The position numbers and the translations under genes were made by a program. From Clostridia bacterium (lineage in GTDB: Bacteria; Bacillota; Clostridia; Christensenellales; Aristaeellaceae), in NCBI GenBank assembly GCA_017508975.1, contig JAFWQU010000023.1, positions 16,075 to 80,074 on the forward strand: a DNA stretch of 64,000 nucleotides. Direction: 5' to 3'. Below are positions 28,371 to 37,334 of this stretch, piece by piece. How positions within the stretch are numbered: position 1 is the stretch's first letter; each line of letters begins with the position of its first letter. The notes under the pieces were generated by a model. That model was not told the DNA's origin. It saw only the letters and a list, made by a program, of their open reading frames with translations, and ran no database searches.

Positions 28371-29369
28371 ATGCACGGGCTCTTTCCGAGAAGGAGGCTG
28401 CTGGGTCTGGCAGCGATTATGCTGGCATTGCTCCTTTTCCCGCTGATCGCCATAGGCGAGAACGGAGTAGTGTCGACATCCTCCCTGGTGCTCCGTTCCA
28501 AAGCCTCTGCGGACAGTGCTCCGCTGCAGACGCTCTCCCGGGGTACAAGCCTGCAGATCACGGGCACCAGCGGACAGTGGTATCGGGTTTCCTACGGCAA
28601 GTACAGGGGCTACGTGATGAAGAAGTACGTCACGCTGTCCGGATCCAGGTCGAGCAGCTCCAGCTCGAAGAGCGGGTCCAGCCAGCAGACGTCCAAGGAG
28701 AAGTCCCTGATTGCCACCCTGCGGTCGATCGGCCGCCCGAAGGCGTGCACCTCCGGATCCTCCGGAGACACAGAGAGCAACGTCAAGAAGCTCCAGCGCT
28801 GCCTCACCGCCTGCGGGTACTACAAGGGCAAGATCGACGGAGTGTACGGGTCATCGACCCGGAGCGCGGTCTCCAGGCTTCAGCGGGCAAAAGGCCTGAA
28901 CGCCACAGGCATTGCCACGAAGCAGACGATCGGCGCGATGTTCGGCGAGAAACTCCCTGAGGATTATGTTACGGAGCGGCTGGACTGGTTCCACGGCGGC
29001 CAAGACAGAATCCCCAAGGGCGCAGTCTTTCAGGTGAAGGACTGCTGGACGGGACGGATCTTCCAGTGCAGGCGCTGGAGCGGCGCGAACCACATGGACA
29101 GCATGCCGCTGACCAAGGACGACACGAGAGTCATGAAGTCCATCTACGGGCAGTGGTCCTGGCGCAGACGCCCGGTCCTGGTGATGTACCAGGGGCGCGT
29201 GTACGCCGCCTCCATGAACGGCATGCCGCACGGCACGACGACCATCAAGAACAACAACTTCCCCGGACACTTCTGCATTCACTTCTACGGCAGCATGACA
29301 CACGGGACCAAGCGGGTGGACGAGAACCATCAGAGCTGCGTGTCCACCGCGATGCACTACGCCTGGTAA
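28371..29369 (+). CDS. Secreted protein with SH3b and peptidoglycan-binding (PG_binding_1) domains and an uncharacterised C-terminal domain
   Basis: ORF track 28362..29369. ATG 28371 follows an AGGAGGTGA RBS. It has a signal/TM segment, then SH3b (LQITGTSGQWYRVSYGKYRGYVMKKYV), a Ser-rich linker, PG-binding (VKKLQRCLTACGYYKGKIDGVYGSSTRSAVSRLQRAKGL), and a ~140-aa His/Trp-rich C-terminal domain. Confidence 0.7.
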   Translation: MHGLFPRRRLLGLAAIMLALLLFPLIAIGENGVVSTSSLVLRSKASADSAPLQTLSRGTSLQITGTSGQWYRVSYGKYRGYVMKKYVTLSGSRSSSSSSKSGSSQQTSKEKSLIATLRSIGRPKACTSGSSGDTESNVKKLQRCLTACGYYKGKIDGVYGSSTRSAVSRLQRAKGLNATGIATKQTIGAMFGEKLPEDYVTERLDWFHGGQDRIPKGAVFQVKDCWTGRIFQCRRWSGANHMDSMPLTKDDTRVMKSIYGQWSWRRRPVLVMYQGRVYAASMNGMPHGTTTIKNNNFPGHFCIHFYGSMTHGTKRVDENHQSCVSTAMHYAW

Positions 29370-29388
29370 CAAAATCTCCATCTTTAAG

Positions 29389-29414
29389 ACCGCCCTCCGC
29401 CTGGGCGGTTTTTC
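29389..29414 (+). terminator. Rho-independent terminator
   Basis: ACCGCCC-tccgcct-GGGCGGT followed by TTTTT. Confidence 0.8.
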
Positions 29415-29426
29415 CTGTATTGCGCT

Positions 29427-29455
29427 TTGACAGGAGGGGCGCCCTATGCTACAAT
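29427..29455 (+). promoter_or_regulatory. Near-consensus promoter for the clostripain-like gene (TTGACA-17 nt-TACAAT)
   Basis: TTGACA at 29427-29432 and TACAAT at 29450-29455. Confidence 0.7.
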
Positions 29456-29465
29456 GCCCGTGAAG

Positions 29466-29534
29466 CCTAAATCATCTTCAATAATACAACGGTATTATTG
29501 TCCACGATAATGAGAATGTGATGTGCTTCTACAG
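29466..29534 (-). repeat. RPT-B copy 2 (reverse orientation), forming most of the 5' UTR of the clostripain-like gene
   Basis: By eye, its reverse complement aligns with 21283-21353 at roughly 80% identity. It includes the palindrome CAATAATAC-aacg-GTATTATTG (29479-29500). Confidence 0.65.
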
Positions 29535-29552
29535 GAATCGGGAGGGATCGGA

Positions 29553-31487
29553 ATGAAACGCCTGCTTCTGGGCGTGCTGCTGTGCGCAGCCCTGCTGATA
29601 TTCGGAGCAGCGGCGCTGGCGGAGGCCAACACCACCCTGCTGGTCTATATGGTCGGCACGGACATCGAGACCAGTGCCTGCGTCGATCTCCTGGAGATGG
29701 CGGACGCCAAGAACGACGAGGAGATCAACATCGTCGTGCTGGCGGGCGGAACGAAGAAATGGCGCCTGCAGGAGCTCAAGGGCGGCGTGCGCAACCTGGC
29801 GGTGATCCGCAACGGACGGATCGATACGGTGACCTCCTGGGGCCGCAAATCCATGGGCAGCGCCCAGAGCCTGTCCGAGTTCCTGACCTACGGACTGAAG
29901 GAGTACCCGGCGCAGCGCACGATGCTGGTGCTCTGGGACCACGGCGCGGGCTCGGAGGGCGGCGTGTGCTTCGACGAGATGTGGGGGGACGACGGCCTCT
30001 CGATCACGGAGATCAACCAGGCTCTGTCCATGACGGAGCAGGAGGTCGGGGATTTCCACCTGGACCTTTTCGGCTGTGACGCCTGCCTGATGGCAACCTA
30101 CGAGATGGCGGCCATGCTCTCGGGATACCAGATCGACTGGTTCGTGGCGAGCCAGGAGGTGGAGCCCAGCGCGGGCTGGGAGTACAGCTCCTGGCTGAAG
30201 GAGCTCGGCCGCGACCCGTTCCTGCCCACGGAGGTGCTCTGCCGGCGGATCGCGGATACCTATATGAAGGCCTCCCTCCGGAAGGACCCGGACGACATGC
30301 TGACCATGAGCGCGGTCTCGCTGAGGCGGATGCGCGAACTGCGGGCGAGTGTCGAGGACTTCGCGATCCAACTGACCGGATGCCTGCAGGAGGGAAACCT
30401 CGCGGAGGTGCGCCGCGCGCGCAGCCGGATGTATGCCTTCGGATCGAAATCGGACGACAGCTGGGACATGGTGGATCTGGCCGCGGTGCTGAAGGCCTAC
30501 GAGCATCTGGCGCCGGAGGAGAGCGCCCGGGCGCAGCGCTGCCTGCGCGAGGCGGTGCTCGTCAATACGCAGACGGAGAATCTGGACACCTGCTCCGGCC
30601 TTTCAATCCTGATTCCGCAGGACACAACAGACAGCTTCCGGGAGAACAGCGATGGCTTCGAGCTCTCGTTCTGCGCGCACAACTGGGCGGACTTTGTGCG
30701 GGGCTATGTGAGCCTCCTGCAGGGCGGCTCCTACACCTTCAGCGCCTCGGTGCCCGTCCGGGTCGTCGAGGAGGAGGAGACTCCCTTCTTCCCGCTGCAG
30801 AGCGCGCCGGAGACCGTCTCCTACGAGGCGTCTCCGCCAGAGGAGGAGACGGCGCCGGCGACCGCTGCCGCGGAGTATCAGTTCACCGCGCAGCTGAACC
30901 CGGAGGATCTCAAATATCTGGACGATGTGGAGGGCCTTCTGCTCCTGGACGGCAGCGACGAGGAGATCGAGTGCTATGTGGATCTCGGCACGCTGCGGAA
31001 CAACCGGATCGACTGGGAGACTGGCACGGTGTACAGTCTCTTCGACGGCAGCTGGCCGGTGCTCGGGGATCAGCTGGTGCCGGTGTACGACCAGGTGCTC
31101 AACGAGCGGATCCACCGCAGCCTGATCCCGGTGAAGGTCAACGGCGAGCGGACCTACCTGGTGGTGGACTTCTCCGGGGACGGCACGGGCCGTGTCCTGG
31201 GCACCAACGCGGGCTATGACAGCCACGGCCTGCCCATCCGCGACACGCTGCACCTGCAGCCGGGCGACCGGGTGATCCCGGTGTATACGATGTTCTACCG
31301 TGACGACGCGGGGGAGATCCAGGAGACGGACTTTGACGGCGACGAGTTCCTCTGGGAGGAGGACATGACCGTGACCCATGAGCGCCTGGAGGATGAACAG
31401 CTGATGATTCCCGCGTACTTCTGCTTCTCCTTCACGGACCTGTTCGGCAATGAGACGCTCGGCGAGATGATCGCCTTCGAGTTTTGA
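29553..31487 (+). CDS. Secreted clostripain family (C11) cysteine peptidase
   Basis: ORF track 29523..31487. I set the start at MKRLLLGVLLCAALLIFGAAALAEA (29553) after a GGGAGGGA RBS. The catalytic His (LVLWDHGAG) and Cys (LFGCDACLMA) are in C11 order. Confidence 0.85.
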   Translation: MKRLLLGVLLCAALLIFGAAALAEANTTLLVYMVGTDIETSACVDLLEMADAKNDEEINIVVLAGGTKKWRLQELKGGVRNLAVIRNGRIDTVTSWGRKSMGSAQSLSEFLTYGLKEYPAQRTMLVLWDHGAGSEGGVCFDEMWGDDGLSITEINQALSMTEQEVGDFHLDLFGCDACLMATYEMAAMLSGYQIDWFVASQEVEPSAGWEYSSWLKELGRDPFLPTEVLCRRIADTYMKASLRKDPDDMLTMSAVSLRRMRELRASVEDFAIQLTGCLQEGNLAEVRRARSRMYAFGSKSDDSWDMVDLAAVLKAYEHLAPEESARAQRCLREAVLVNTQTENLDTCSGLSILIPQDTTDSFRENSDGFELSFCAHNWADFVRGYVSLLQGGSYTFSASVPVRVVEEEETPFFPLQSAPETVSYEASPPEEETAPATAAAEYQFTAQLNPEDLKYLDDVEGLLLLDGSDEEIECYVDLGTLRNNRIDWETGTVYSLFDGSWPVLGDQLVPVYDQVLNERIHRSLIPVKVNGERTYLVVDFSGDGTGRVLGTNAGYDSHGLPIRDTLHLQPGDRVIPVYTMFYRDDAGEIQETDFDGDEFLWEEDMTVTHERLEDEQLMIPAYFCFSFTDLFGNETLGEMIAFEF

Positions 31488-31517
31488 CGGCAAGCGTTAG
31501 CGGAAAGGAAAGAACCG

Positions 31518-32498
31518 ATGCCGATCCGAATTAAGACAAAAATGCCCGTAATCCAGCGCCTGGCGGACGAGAATATCTTCGTGATGCCGGAGAGCCGCGC
31601 CTCGAGCCAGGACATCCGGGAACTGCACATCGCGATCCTGAACCTGATGCCCAACAAGGAGGACACGGAGCTGCAGCTGCTGCGTCTGCTGTCCAACACG
31701 CCGCTGCAGGTGCGGATCACCTTCCTGCGCCTGGACTCCCACCGCTCCAAGCATACGTCGGAGGAGTACCTGAGCCGCTTCTACGAGCCCTTCTCCGCGG
31801 TGAAGGACAGCAATTTCGACGGCCTGGTGATCACCGGCGCGCCGGTGGAGACGCTGCCCTTCCACGAGGTGGATTACTGGGAGGAGCTGACTGAGCTGAT
31901 GCGGTGGACGGACACGCACGTGACCTCCACGATGCACATCTGCTGGGCGGCGCAGGCGGGGCTGTATTTCCACTACGGGATTGACAAGCACCTGCTGCCG
32001 CAGAAACTCTCCGGCATCTACCGCCACTCCACGCTCTACCAGGACGAGATCCTGACCCGGGGCTTCAACGACCGCTTCTTCGCGCCGCACTCGCGGTACA
32101 CCGGGGTGAGCCGCGAGGAGATTCTGGCCCATCCGAAGCTGACGCTGCTGGCGGAGTCGGACAAGGCGGGTCCCTATCTGATCCAGGACAAGCAGGCCAA
32201 CCGGCTCTTCGTCACGGGGCATCCCGAGTACAGCCGCTTTACGCTGGACGGGGAGTATCGACGGGACCAGGGGAAGGGGATCGATCCGAATCTCCCGAAT
32301 CACTACTACCGGGACGATGACCCGGCGCGCAGCCCGGTCTTCCAGTGGAAGGCCCACGCGTTCCTGCTCTTCTCCAACTGGCTGAACTATGCGGTCTACC
32401 AGGTGACCCCCTACGACCTCTCGCAGGTCGCGGAGGAGAAAGCCCGTGTCCGCTGGGAGACCCATGCCACCCCGACCCCGGGACTGCCGGTGTTCTGA
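31518..32498 (+). CDS. metA: Homoserine O-acyltransferase (MetA family)
   Basis: ORF 326 aa with IAILNLMPNK, VITGAPVE and the catalytic Cys in HICWAAQAGL. Confidence 0.9.
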   Translation: MPIRIKTKMPVIQRLADENIFVMPESRASSQDIRELHIAILNLMPNKEDTELQLLRLLSNTPLQVRITFLRLDSHRSKHTSEEYLSRFYEPFSAVKDSNFDGLVITGAPVETLPFHEVDYWEELTELMRWTDTHVTSTMHICWAAQAGLYFHYGIDKHLLPQKLSGIYRHSTLYQDEILTRGFNDRFFAPHSRYTGVSREEILAHPKLTLLAESDKAGPYLIQDKQANRLFVTGHPEYSRFTLDGEYRRDQGKGIDPNLPNHYYRDDDPARSPVFQWKAHAFLLFSNWLNYAVYQVTPYDLSQVAEEKARVRWETHATPTPGLPVF

Positions 32499-32524
32499 CA
32501 GAATTGCCAGACAGGAGACAGAAT

Positions 32525-32597
32525 TAATACTGATCTCAGTTTAGAATGCTCATTGTCAGCAGTAAGATTTCGCGCCCGCAGGCGCGAAAACCTTCTG
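32525..32597 (+). repeat. RPT-A copy 14, truncated (distal arm plus hairpin 1 only)
   Basis: TAATACTGATCTCAGTTTAGAATGCTCATTGTCAGCAGTAAGATTTCGCGCCCGCAGGCGCGAAAACC. Hairpin 2 is missing and the hairpin 1 loop is inverted. Confidence 0.8.
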
Positions 32598-32632
32598 TAT
32601 GAATTCAAAATTCTATGAGCAAAACGGCATAC

Positions 32633-32679
32633 AAAAACCGGCGGGACGGCTTTACAGGCACGTCCCGCCGGAAGTTTTT
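32633..32679. terminator. Bidirectional rho-independent terminator between metA and the TPR-like lipoprotein gene
   Basis: CCGGCGGGACG (32638-32648) pairs with CGTCCCGCCGG (32661-32671). It is flanked by an A-run on the left and a T-run on the right. Confidence 0.8.
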
Positions 32680-32682
32680 GGC

Positions 32683-34608
32683 TTACTTGTTCTCGTTCGC
32701 GGTGGTGGTCAGCGCGGTGGCCTCGGCGGCGGGCTCATTGTCCTGCGCGGCCTCGCTGTCGGCGGCCGGCGGCTCCTCGGCGGTCTCCGTGGTCTCGGCG
32801 GCCGGAGCCTCGGCGGGGGTCTCCTCCGCGGTCTGGGTCGCGGCGGGAGCCGCGCCCGGGAGCTTGGACTCGGCGCTCGCCAGCAGGTCCACGGCGTCCT
32901 CGTAGTCGCCCGCCTCGCGGAAGGCCTCCACGGCAGCCGCCCAGTCCTCGGCGGCGACGTACCGCTTGCCCATCTCGTAGTAAATCTCCTTGATGCGGGT
33001 GGCGCTGCTGCCGTAGCCGTCCGCCTTGATGAACGCGGCGAGCGCGCCCTCGAGGTCATCGTCCGCCATCAGGCGGTTGCCCTGGCGGTAGAAGGGCTCG
33101 GTCACGCGGTCCGCGGCGTCCAGATAGGCGCCGGCGGCCGTGAAGGCGGCGCTGGCCTCCTCCCAGGAGGAGGTCTTCATCATGGCCTCGGCCTTGCGGT
33201 AGTAGACACCGCCGGAGGCCTGCAGGGCGGAATCGCTGTAGCTGCCCAGCGCCTGGTACTGCGCGATGGCGCCCTCATAGTCCCCGGCGTCCTCCAGGGC
33301 CTTGGCCTTGCGGTAGAGGGACTCGTTGGAGAGCTGCGCGGCATCGGCGTAATTGTACAGGGCGGCGAAGGCGTCGTGAGCCTCGTCGAACTTGTTCTCG
33401 CTCATCAGGGCCTTGGCGGCGGTGTAGGCGTCCACCAGGGCCTGAGCCTTGGCGGCGCTGCCCTCGAAGTCGCCCGCCAGGAGATAGTTGTCATAGGCGC
33501 CCGCGTAGTCGTTGGCGGCGTAGGCCGCGTCGGCGAGCTTCGCGTAGCACTTCTGCATGGGCTCCTTGACGCCCGGATAGTCACCCAGGGCGGCGAGCTT
33601 GGCCAGGGCGCCGGTGTAGTCCCCGCTCTCCACGAGCGCCAGCGCGCGCTGGAAGCTGCAGTCCCGCAGACGGGCGGCGGCCTCCTCCATGCCGTTGACG
33701 TTCAGCAGGGCGAAGAGCGGCTCGGCGTCGTCCACGCGGCCCGCGGTCAGCGCCTGGTCGGCCAGGTCATAGGACTTCGTGAACATGAGCTTCTCGTCGG
33801 TGGTATACTTCATGCCCAGCAGGGAGTTGAAGGTCATGGCCAGGGCGTCGGACCAGCCGTTCTCGTTGTAGTCGGCGGCGGCGGTGGCAAAGAGCTCGTC
33901 CAGCCGGCGGTCGGCCAGGCTCAGGCGGCGGTCGTCGGAATCACGGAAGACGGGGATGGAGCCGAAGACCTCGTCCGCGCCGGCGAAATCGCTGCCGGCT
34001 TCCTTGGCCAGGCCGTCATAGTAGGTGGCCTGCAGGGCGGCATCCTGGAAATCGCCCAGCGCGCGCAGCGCCTGCACGGCGGTGGCGTAGTCGCCGTCGG
34101 CGGCCAGCTTCATGGCCCGGGCATACATCTGATAGCGGCTGGCGTCCTCATAGCCTGCCACCTTGCCGAAGCCCTCGGCGGCGGCGTCGAAGCTGCCCTC
34201 CAGCAGGGCAACCTTGGCGGCGGCGTAGGTGGTTTCATAGCCGGCCAGCTTGCTGTCGAAGCAGCGCTTTGCGCTGTCCTGGAAATCTCCCAGGGCGGCG
34301 AAGGCGGCCTGCGCGCCGGTGTAGTCGCCGTTCTGCTGCAGGGCCAGCGCGTCCACATAGCCGACCCAGGCGGCGGCATCCTCATAGCTGCCCAGCGCGG
34401 TGAAGGCAGCGCGGGCATCCGCGGTCTGCCCGGCGGAGAAGAGCCGGACGGCCTCGGCGTAGCGGTCCGCGTCGGTCACCACCGGCGCCGCGGGCTCCTC
34501 GGGGACGTCGGCGGACTTCGCCGCCGGCTGCTGGGCACAGGAACTGAACAACAGCGCCGCGATCAGCAGCAGCGCGGTCAGGGTCAACCATTTGCGAGTC
34601 TTTTTCAT
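32683..34608 (-). CDS. Lipoprotein built from TPR-like helical repeats with an Ala/Glu/Thr-rich C-terminal tail
   Basis: ORF track 32683..34845. I set the start at MKKTRKWLTLTALLLIAALLFSSCAQ (34608, lipobox LFSSC) after a GGGAGGA RBS. It has more than 10 repeats of the form GDYxxAxxxFxxLGDYxDA. Confidence 0.75.
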   Translation of the reverse strand: MKKTRKWLTLTALLLIAALLFSSCAQQPAAKSADVPEEPAAPVVTDADRYAEAVRLFSAGQTADARAAFTALGSYEDAAAWVGYVDALALQQNGDYTGAQAAFAALGDFQDSAKRCFDSKLAGYETTYAAAKVALLEGSFDAAAEGFGKVAGYEDASRYQMYARAMKLAADGDYATAVQALRALGDFQDAALQATYYDGLAKEAGSDFAGADEVFGSIPVFRDSDDRRLSLADRRLDELFATAAADYNENGWSDALAMTFNSLLGMKYTTDEKLMFTKSYDLADQALTAGRVDDAEPLFALLNVNGMEEAAARLRDCSFQRALALVESGDYTGALAKLAALGDYPGVKEPMQKCYAKLADAAYAANDYAGAYDNYLLAGDFEGSAAKAQALVDAYTAAKALMSENKFDEAHDAFAALYNYADAAQLSNESLYRKAKALEDAGDYEGAIAQYQALGSYSDSALQASGGVYYRKAEAMMKTSSWEEASAAFTAAGAYLDAADRVTEPFYRQGNRLMADDDLEGALAAFIKADGYGSSATRIKEIYYEMGKRYVAAEDWAAAVEAFREAGDYEDAVDLLASAESKLPGAAPAATQTAEETPAEAPAAETTETAEEPPAADSEAAQDNEPAAEATALTTTANENK

Positions 34609-34867
34609 CGTAAAATCCTCCCGTCTGTACGATGTTCTCCTCATATTAGAAGATGTTTTTTCTTCTGAGCCAGTATACCATGAGCAGGGCCTTTTCGCAA
34701 GCAAACGGACACCGCCGGCCCCGGACGCGCGGAATCCCGGCGGCGGGAGAAAAAGCAAGAAGTGGCAAGGATTCCGGCAAGGACTGCCGGATTCGAATCT
34801 CGACCGAAAGAGAAACTTTAGACTTCTGTAACAAAACCGTAACACACCAAAATTGCGGGTGGAACGC

Positions 34868-34896
34868 TTGACCCTGTTCGGGCTGTCTGATACAAT
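34868..34896 (+). promoter_or_regulatory. Promoter (TTGACC-17 nt-TACAAT) for the acyltransferase-like / fucosidase genes
   Basis: TTGACC at 34868-34873 and TACAAT at 34891-34896. Confidence 0.6.
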
Positions 34897-34981
34897 ATAT
34901 TGTCCCGTTTATTCCTTCTTTCATTATTTATTCTTGTTTTATATGAATTCATCGGACGGCGGGACAGAAAGCGAGGCAACT

Positions 34982-35875
34982 ATGTTTGGATTCCGGCCAG
35001 ACGGGCGGCGGCTGAAGGGGATCGACCCGATCGTGCAGATTACCCCCTACCTAATGCCCATGCGCTGCGACGCGCAGGTGTTCCTGGAGCACAAGATCGA
35101 CTGGGAGGCCATGACGCGCTATATCGCGGAGAAGCAGCAGGAAGGGCAGCGGCTGACCCACATGCAGATCATCATCGCGGCTTACGTGCGCACGGTGAGC
35201 CAGCACCCAGAGGTCAACCGCTTCATCATGAACAAGCAGTATTACTCCCGGACAAACTGCACAGTGGCCTTCACGATGCTGAAGGACCCGCAGGACGCCG
35301 GCAAGGGCGAGACGGCGGTGAAGATCTTCTTCGACCCGAGCGACACGATCTGGGACGTGCGGGACCGCTGCGAGCGGACCGTGCACGACAACCGGGGCGA
35401 CCAGCCCAAGAACTTCCTGGACAAGCTCGCGGCCTTCCTGTTCAAGATCCCGGGCCTGCCCACGGCGGTGGTGGGGACCGTCCGGCTGCTGGACCGCTAC
35501 GGGATCTGCCCGGGCTTCCTGATCCACGAGCTGCCCTTCCACACGGGCATGTTCATCACCAACAACGCCTCCATCGGCCTGCACCATGTGAACCACCACA
35601 TCTACAACTTCGGCAACACCAGCCTGTTCTTCGGCATGGGCCTGGTGGAGCGCATCGCGGTGGTGGAGGGCGGCAAGACGCGGATGAAACGCTTCCTGCC
35701 CATCGGCATCACCGCGGACGAGCGCGTGTGCGCCGGCTCCTACTACGCGGGCTTCTTCGCCGACATGGTGCGCTTCCTGTCGCATCCGGAGCTGCTGGAG
35801 ACCCCGCCGGAGAAGGTCCTCTACGACAAGCGCGCGGAGTACCACGTGCCGAAGGTCAAACCTGTGGAGGAGTAA
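34982..35875 (+). CDS. 2-oxoacid dehydrogenase acyltransferase catalytic-domain-like (CAT-fold) protein
   Basis: ORF track 34853..35875. The start is probably MFGFRPDGRRLKGIDP (34982). The size and the pattern (..NASIGLHHVNHHIYNFG..) resemble stand-alone E2-catalytic-domain-like proteins. The assignment is moderate. Confidence 0.55.
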   Translation: MFGFRPDGRRLKGIDPIVQITPYLMPMRCDAQVFLEHKIDWEAMTRYIAEKQQEGQRLTHMQIIIAAYVRTVSQHPEVNRFIMNKQYYSRTNCTVAFTMLKDPQDAGKGETAVKIFFDPSDTIWDVRDRCERTVHDNRGDQPKNFLDKLAAFLFKIPGLPTAVVGTVRLLDRYGICPGFLIHELPFHTGMFITNNASIGLHHVNHHIYNFGNTSLFFGMGLVERIAVVEGGKTRMKRFLPIGITADERVCAGSYYAGFFADMVRFLSHPELLETPPEKVLYDKRAEYHVPKVKPVEE

Positions 35876-35879
35876 GCGC

Positions 35880-37277
35880 ATGGACTGGCGGGAGGACCTG
35901 CCGCGCGCGGCGGTGACGCCGCACCTGCGGCAGCTGCGCCATCAGGCGCTGGAGTTTTACGGATTCATCCACTTCACGGTCAACACGTTCACGGACCGGG
36001 AGTGGGGAGACGGGACAGAGTCCCCGGCGGTTTTCAACCCCTCGGAGCTGGACGCCCGCCAGTGGGCACGGGCGCTGAAGAGCGCCGGGATGCGCGGCAT
36101 GATCCTCACCTGCAAGCACCACGACGGCTTCTGCCTCTGGCCGAGCCGCTGGACGGAGCACTCGGTGAAGAACAGCCCCTGGAAAAACGGACAGGGGGAC
36201 GTGGTGCGCGAGGCGGCGGAGGCCTGCCGGACGGAGGGGCTGCGCTTCGGGGTGTACTGCTCGCCCTGGGACCGGCACGATCCGCGCTACGGCCAGGGAA
36301 AAGCCTACGACGACTATTTCGTGGCGCAGCTGGAGGAGCTGCTGGGGAACTACGGCGAGATCTTCTCGGTCTGGTTCGACGGCGCCTGCGGCGAGGGCGC
36401 GAACGGGAAAAAGCAGCACTACGACTGGGAGCGCTACTACGAGACCGTCCGCCGGCTGCAGCCCGGCGCCTGCATCAGCGTGTGCGGCCCCGACGTCCGC
36501 TGGTGCGGAAACGAGGCGGGGGACACCCGCGAGGCCGAGTGGAGCGTGGTGCCGCGGCGCACCATGGACACGGAGAAGATCGCCTCCCGGAGCCAGCAGA
36601 GCGACGATACAGCGTTCCGGCAGCGCAGAATCCGGGCGCAGGACCGCGACCTGGGCAGCCGCGAGGCGCTCCGGGGCGAGGACGATCTGATCTGGTATCC
36701 GGCGGAGGTCAACACCTCCATCCGGCCGGGTTGGTTCTGGTACGAGGCCGAGAACAGCCGCGTCCGGAGCGCGGAGGAGCTCTTCCGGATCTATGTCCGC
36801 TCGGTAGGCGGCAACGCGACCTTCCTGCTGAATGTGCCGCCGGACCGCCGGGGCCTGATCTGCGGGGAGGACCTGGCGGTGCTGCGGGAGCTCGGGGAGC
36901 GGGTGCACGTCCTCGAACAGGCGGCGCTTCCGGCGGACGCGGTCTGGTCCGGCACACCGGGCCGCCCGGGCTGCGAGGCCGGGACGGGCTGCTGGATGCC
37001 GCCTGACGGGGTGACCGAGGCCGAGCTCACGGCGCAGTGGCGGGAGCCGCAGCCGGCGTCCTGGGTGGTCCTGCAGGAGGACATCACCCGCGGCCAGCGC
37101 GTGGAGCGCTTCGAGGTCGAACTGTGCGGCCCGGACGGCTGGAAAAAGGCCGGCGAGGGACTGACCGTCGGCTGGAAGCGCATCCTGCCGGCCGCGGAGG
37201 GCGCCTGCACGGGCATCCGCGTCCGGATCCGGGACAGCCGGGTGGCGCCCACGCTGAAACTTGTCGGGATCTGTTGA
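35880..37277 (+). CDS. Alpha-L-fucosidase (GH29)
   Basis: ORF 465 aa with KHHDGFCLWPS and WFDGA motifs in a GH29-like order, plus a C-terminal beta-domain. Confidence 0.8.
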   Translation: MDWREDLPRAAVTPHLRQLRHQALEFYGFIHFTVNTFTDREWGDGTESPAVFNPSELDARQWARALKSAGMRGMILTCKHHDGFCLWPSRWTEHSVKNSPWKNGQGDVVREAAEACRTEGLRFGVYCSPWDRHDPRYGQGKAYDDYFVAQLEELLGNYGEIFSVWFDGACGEGANGKKQHYDWERYYETVRRLQPGACISVCGPDVRWCGNEAGDTREAEWSVVPRRTMDTEKIASRSQQSDDTAFRQRRIRAQDRDLGSREALRGEDDLIWYPAEVNTSIRPGWFWYEAENSRVRSAEELFRIYVRSVGGNATFLLNVPPDRRGLICGEDLAVLRELGERVHVLEQAALPADAVWSGTPGRPGCEAGTGCWMPPDGVTEAELTAQWREPQPASWVVLQEDITRGQRVERFEVELCGPDGWKKAGEGLTVGWKRILPAAEGACTGIRVRIRDSRVAPTLKLVGIC

Positions 37278-37334
37278 TTGACAGCCTCCTTTTGATAGGG
37301 TAAGATAGCCCTTGCAATTGGAGGCTTTTTGTGT

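Noticed and set aside
34766-34806. tRNA-like T-arm sequence GGATTCGAATCTC in the 34609-34981 spacer.
   Set aside because: The flanking bases do not pair as a T-stem, and no acceptor, D or anticodon arms can be drawn. It is not a tRNA or a convincing tRNA remnant.
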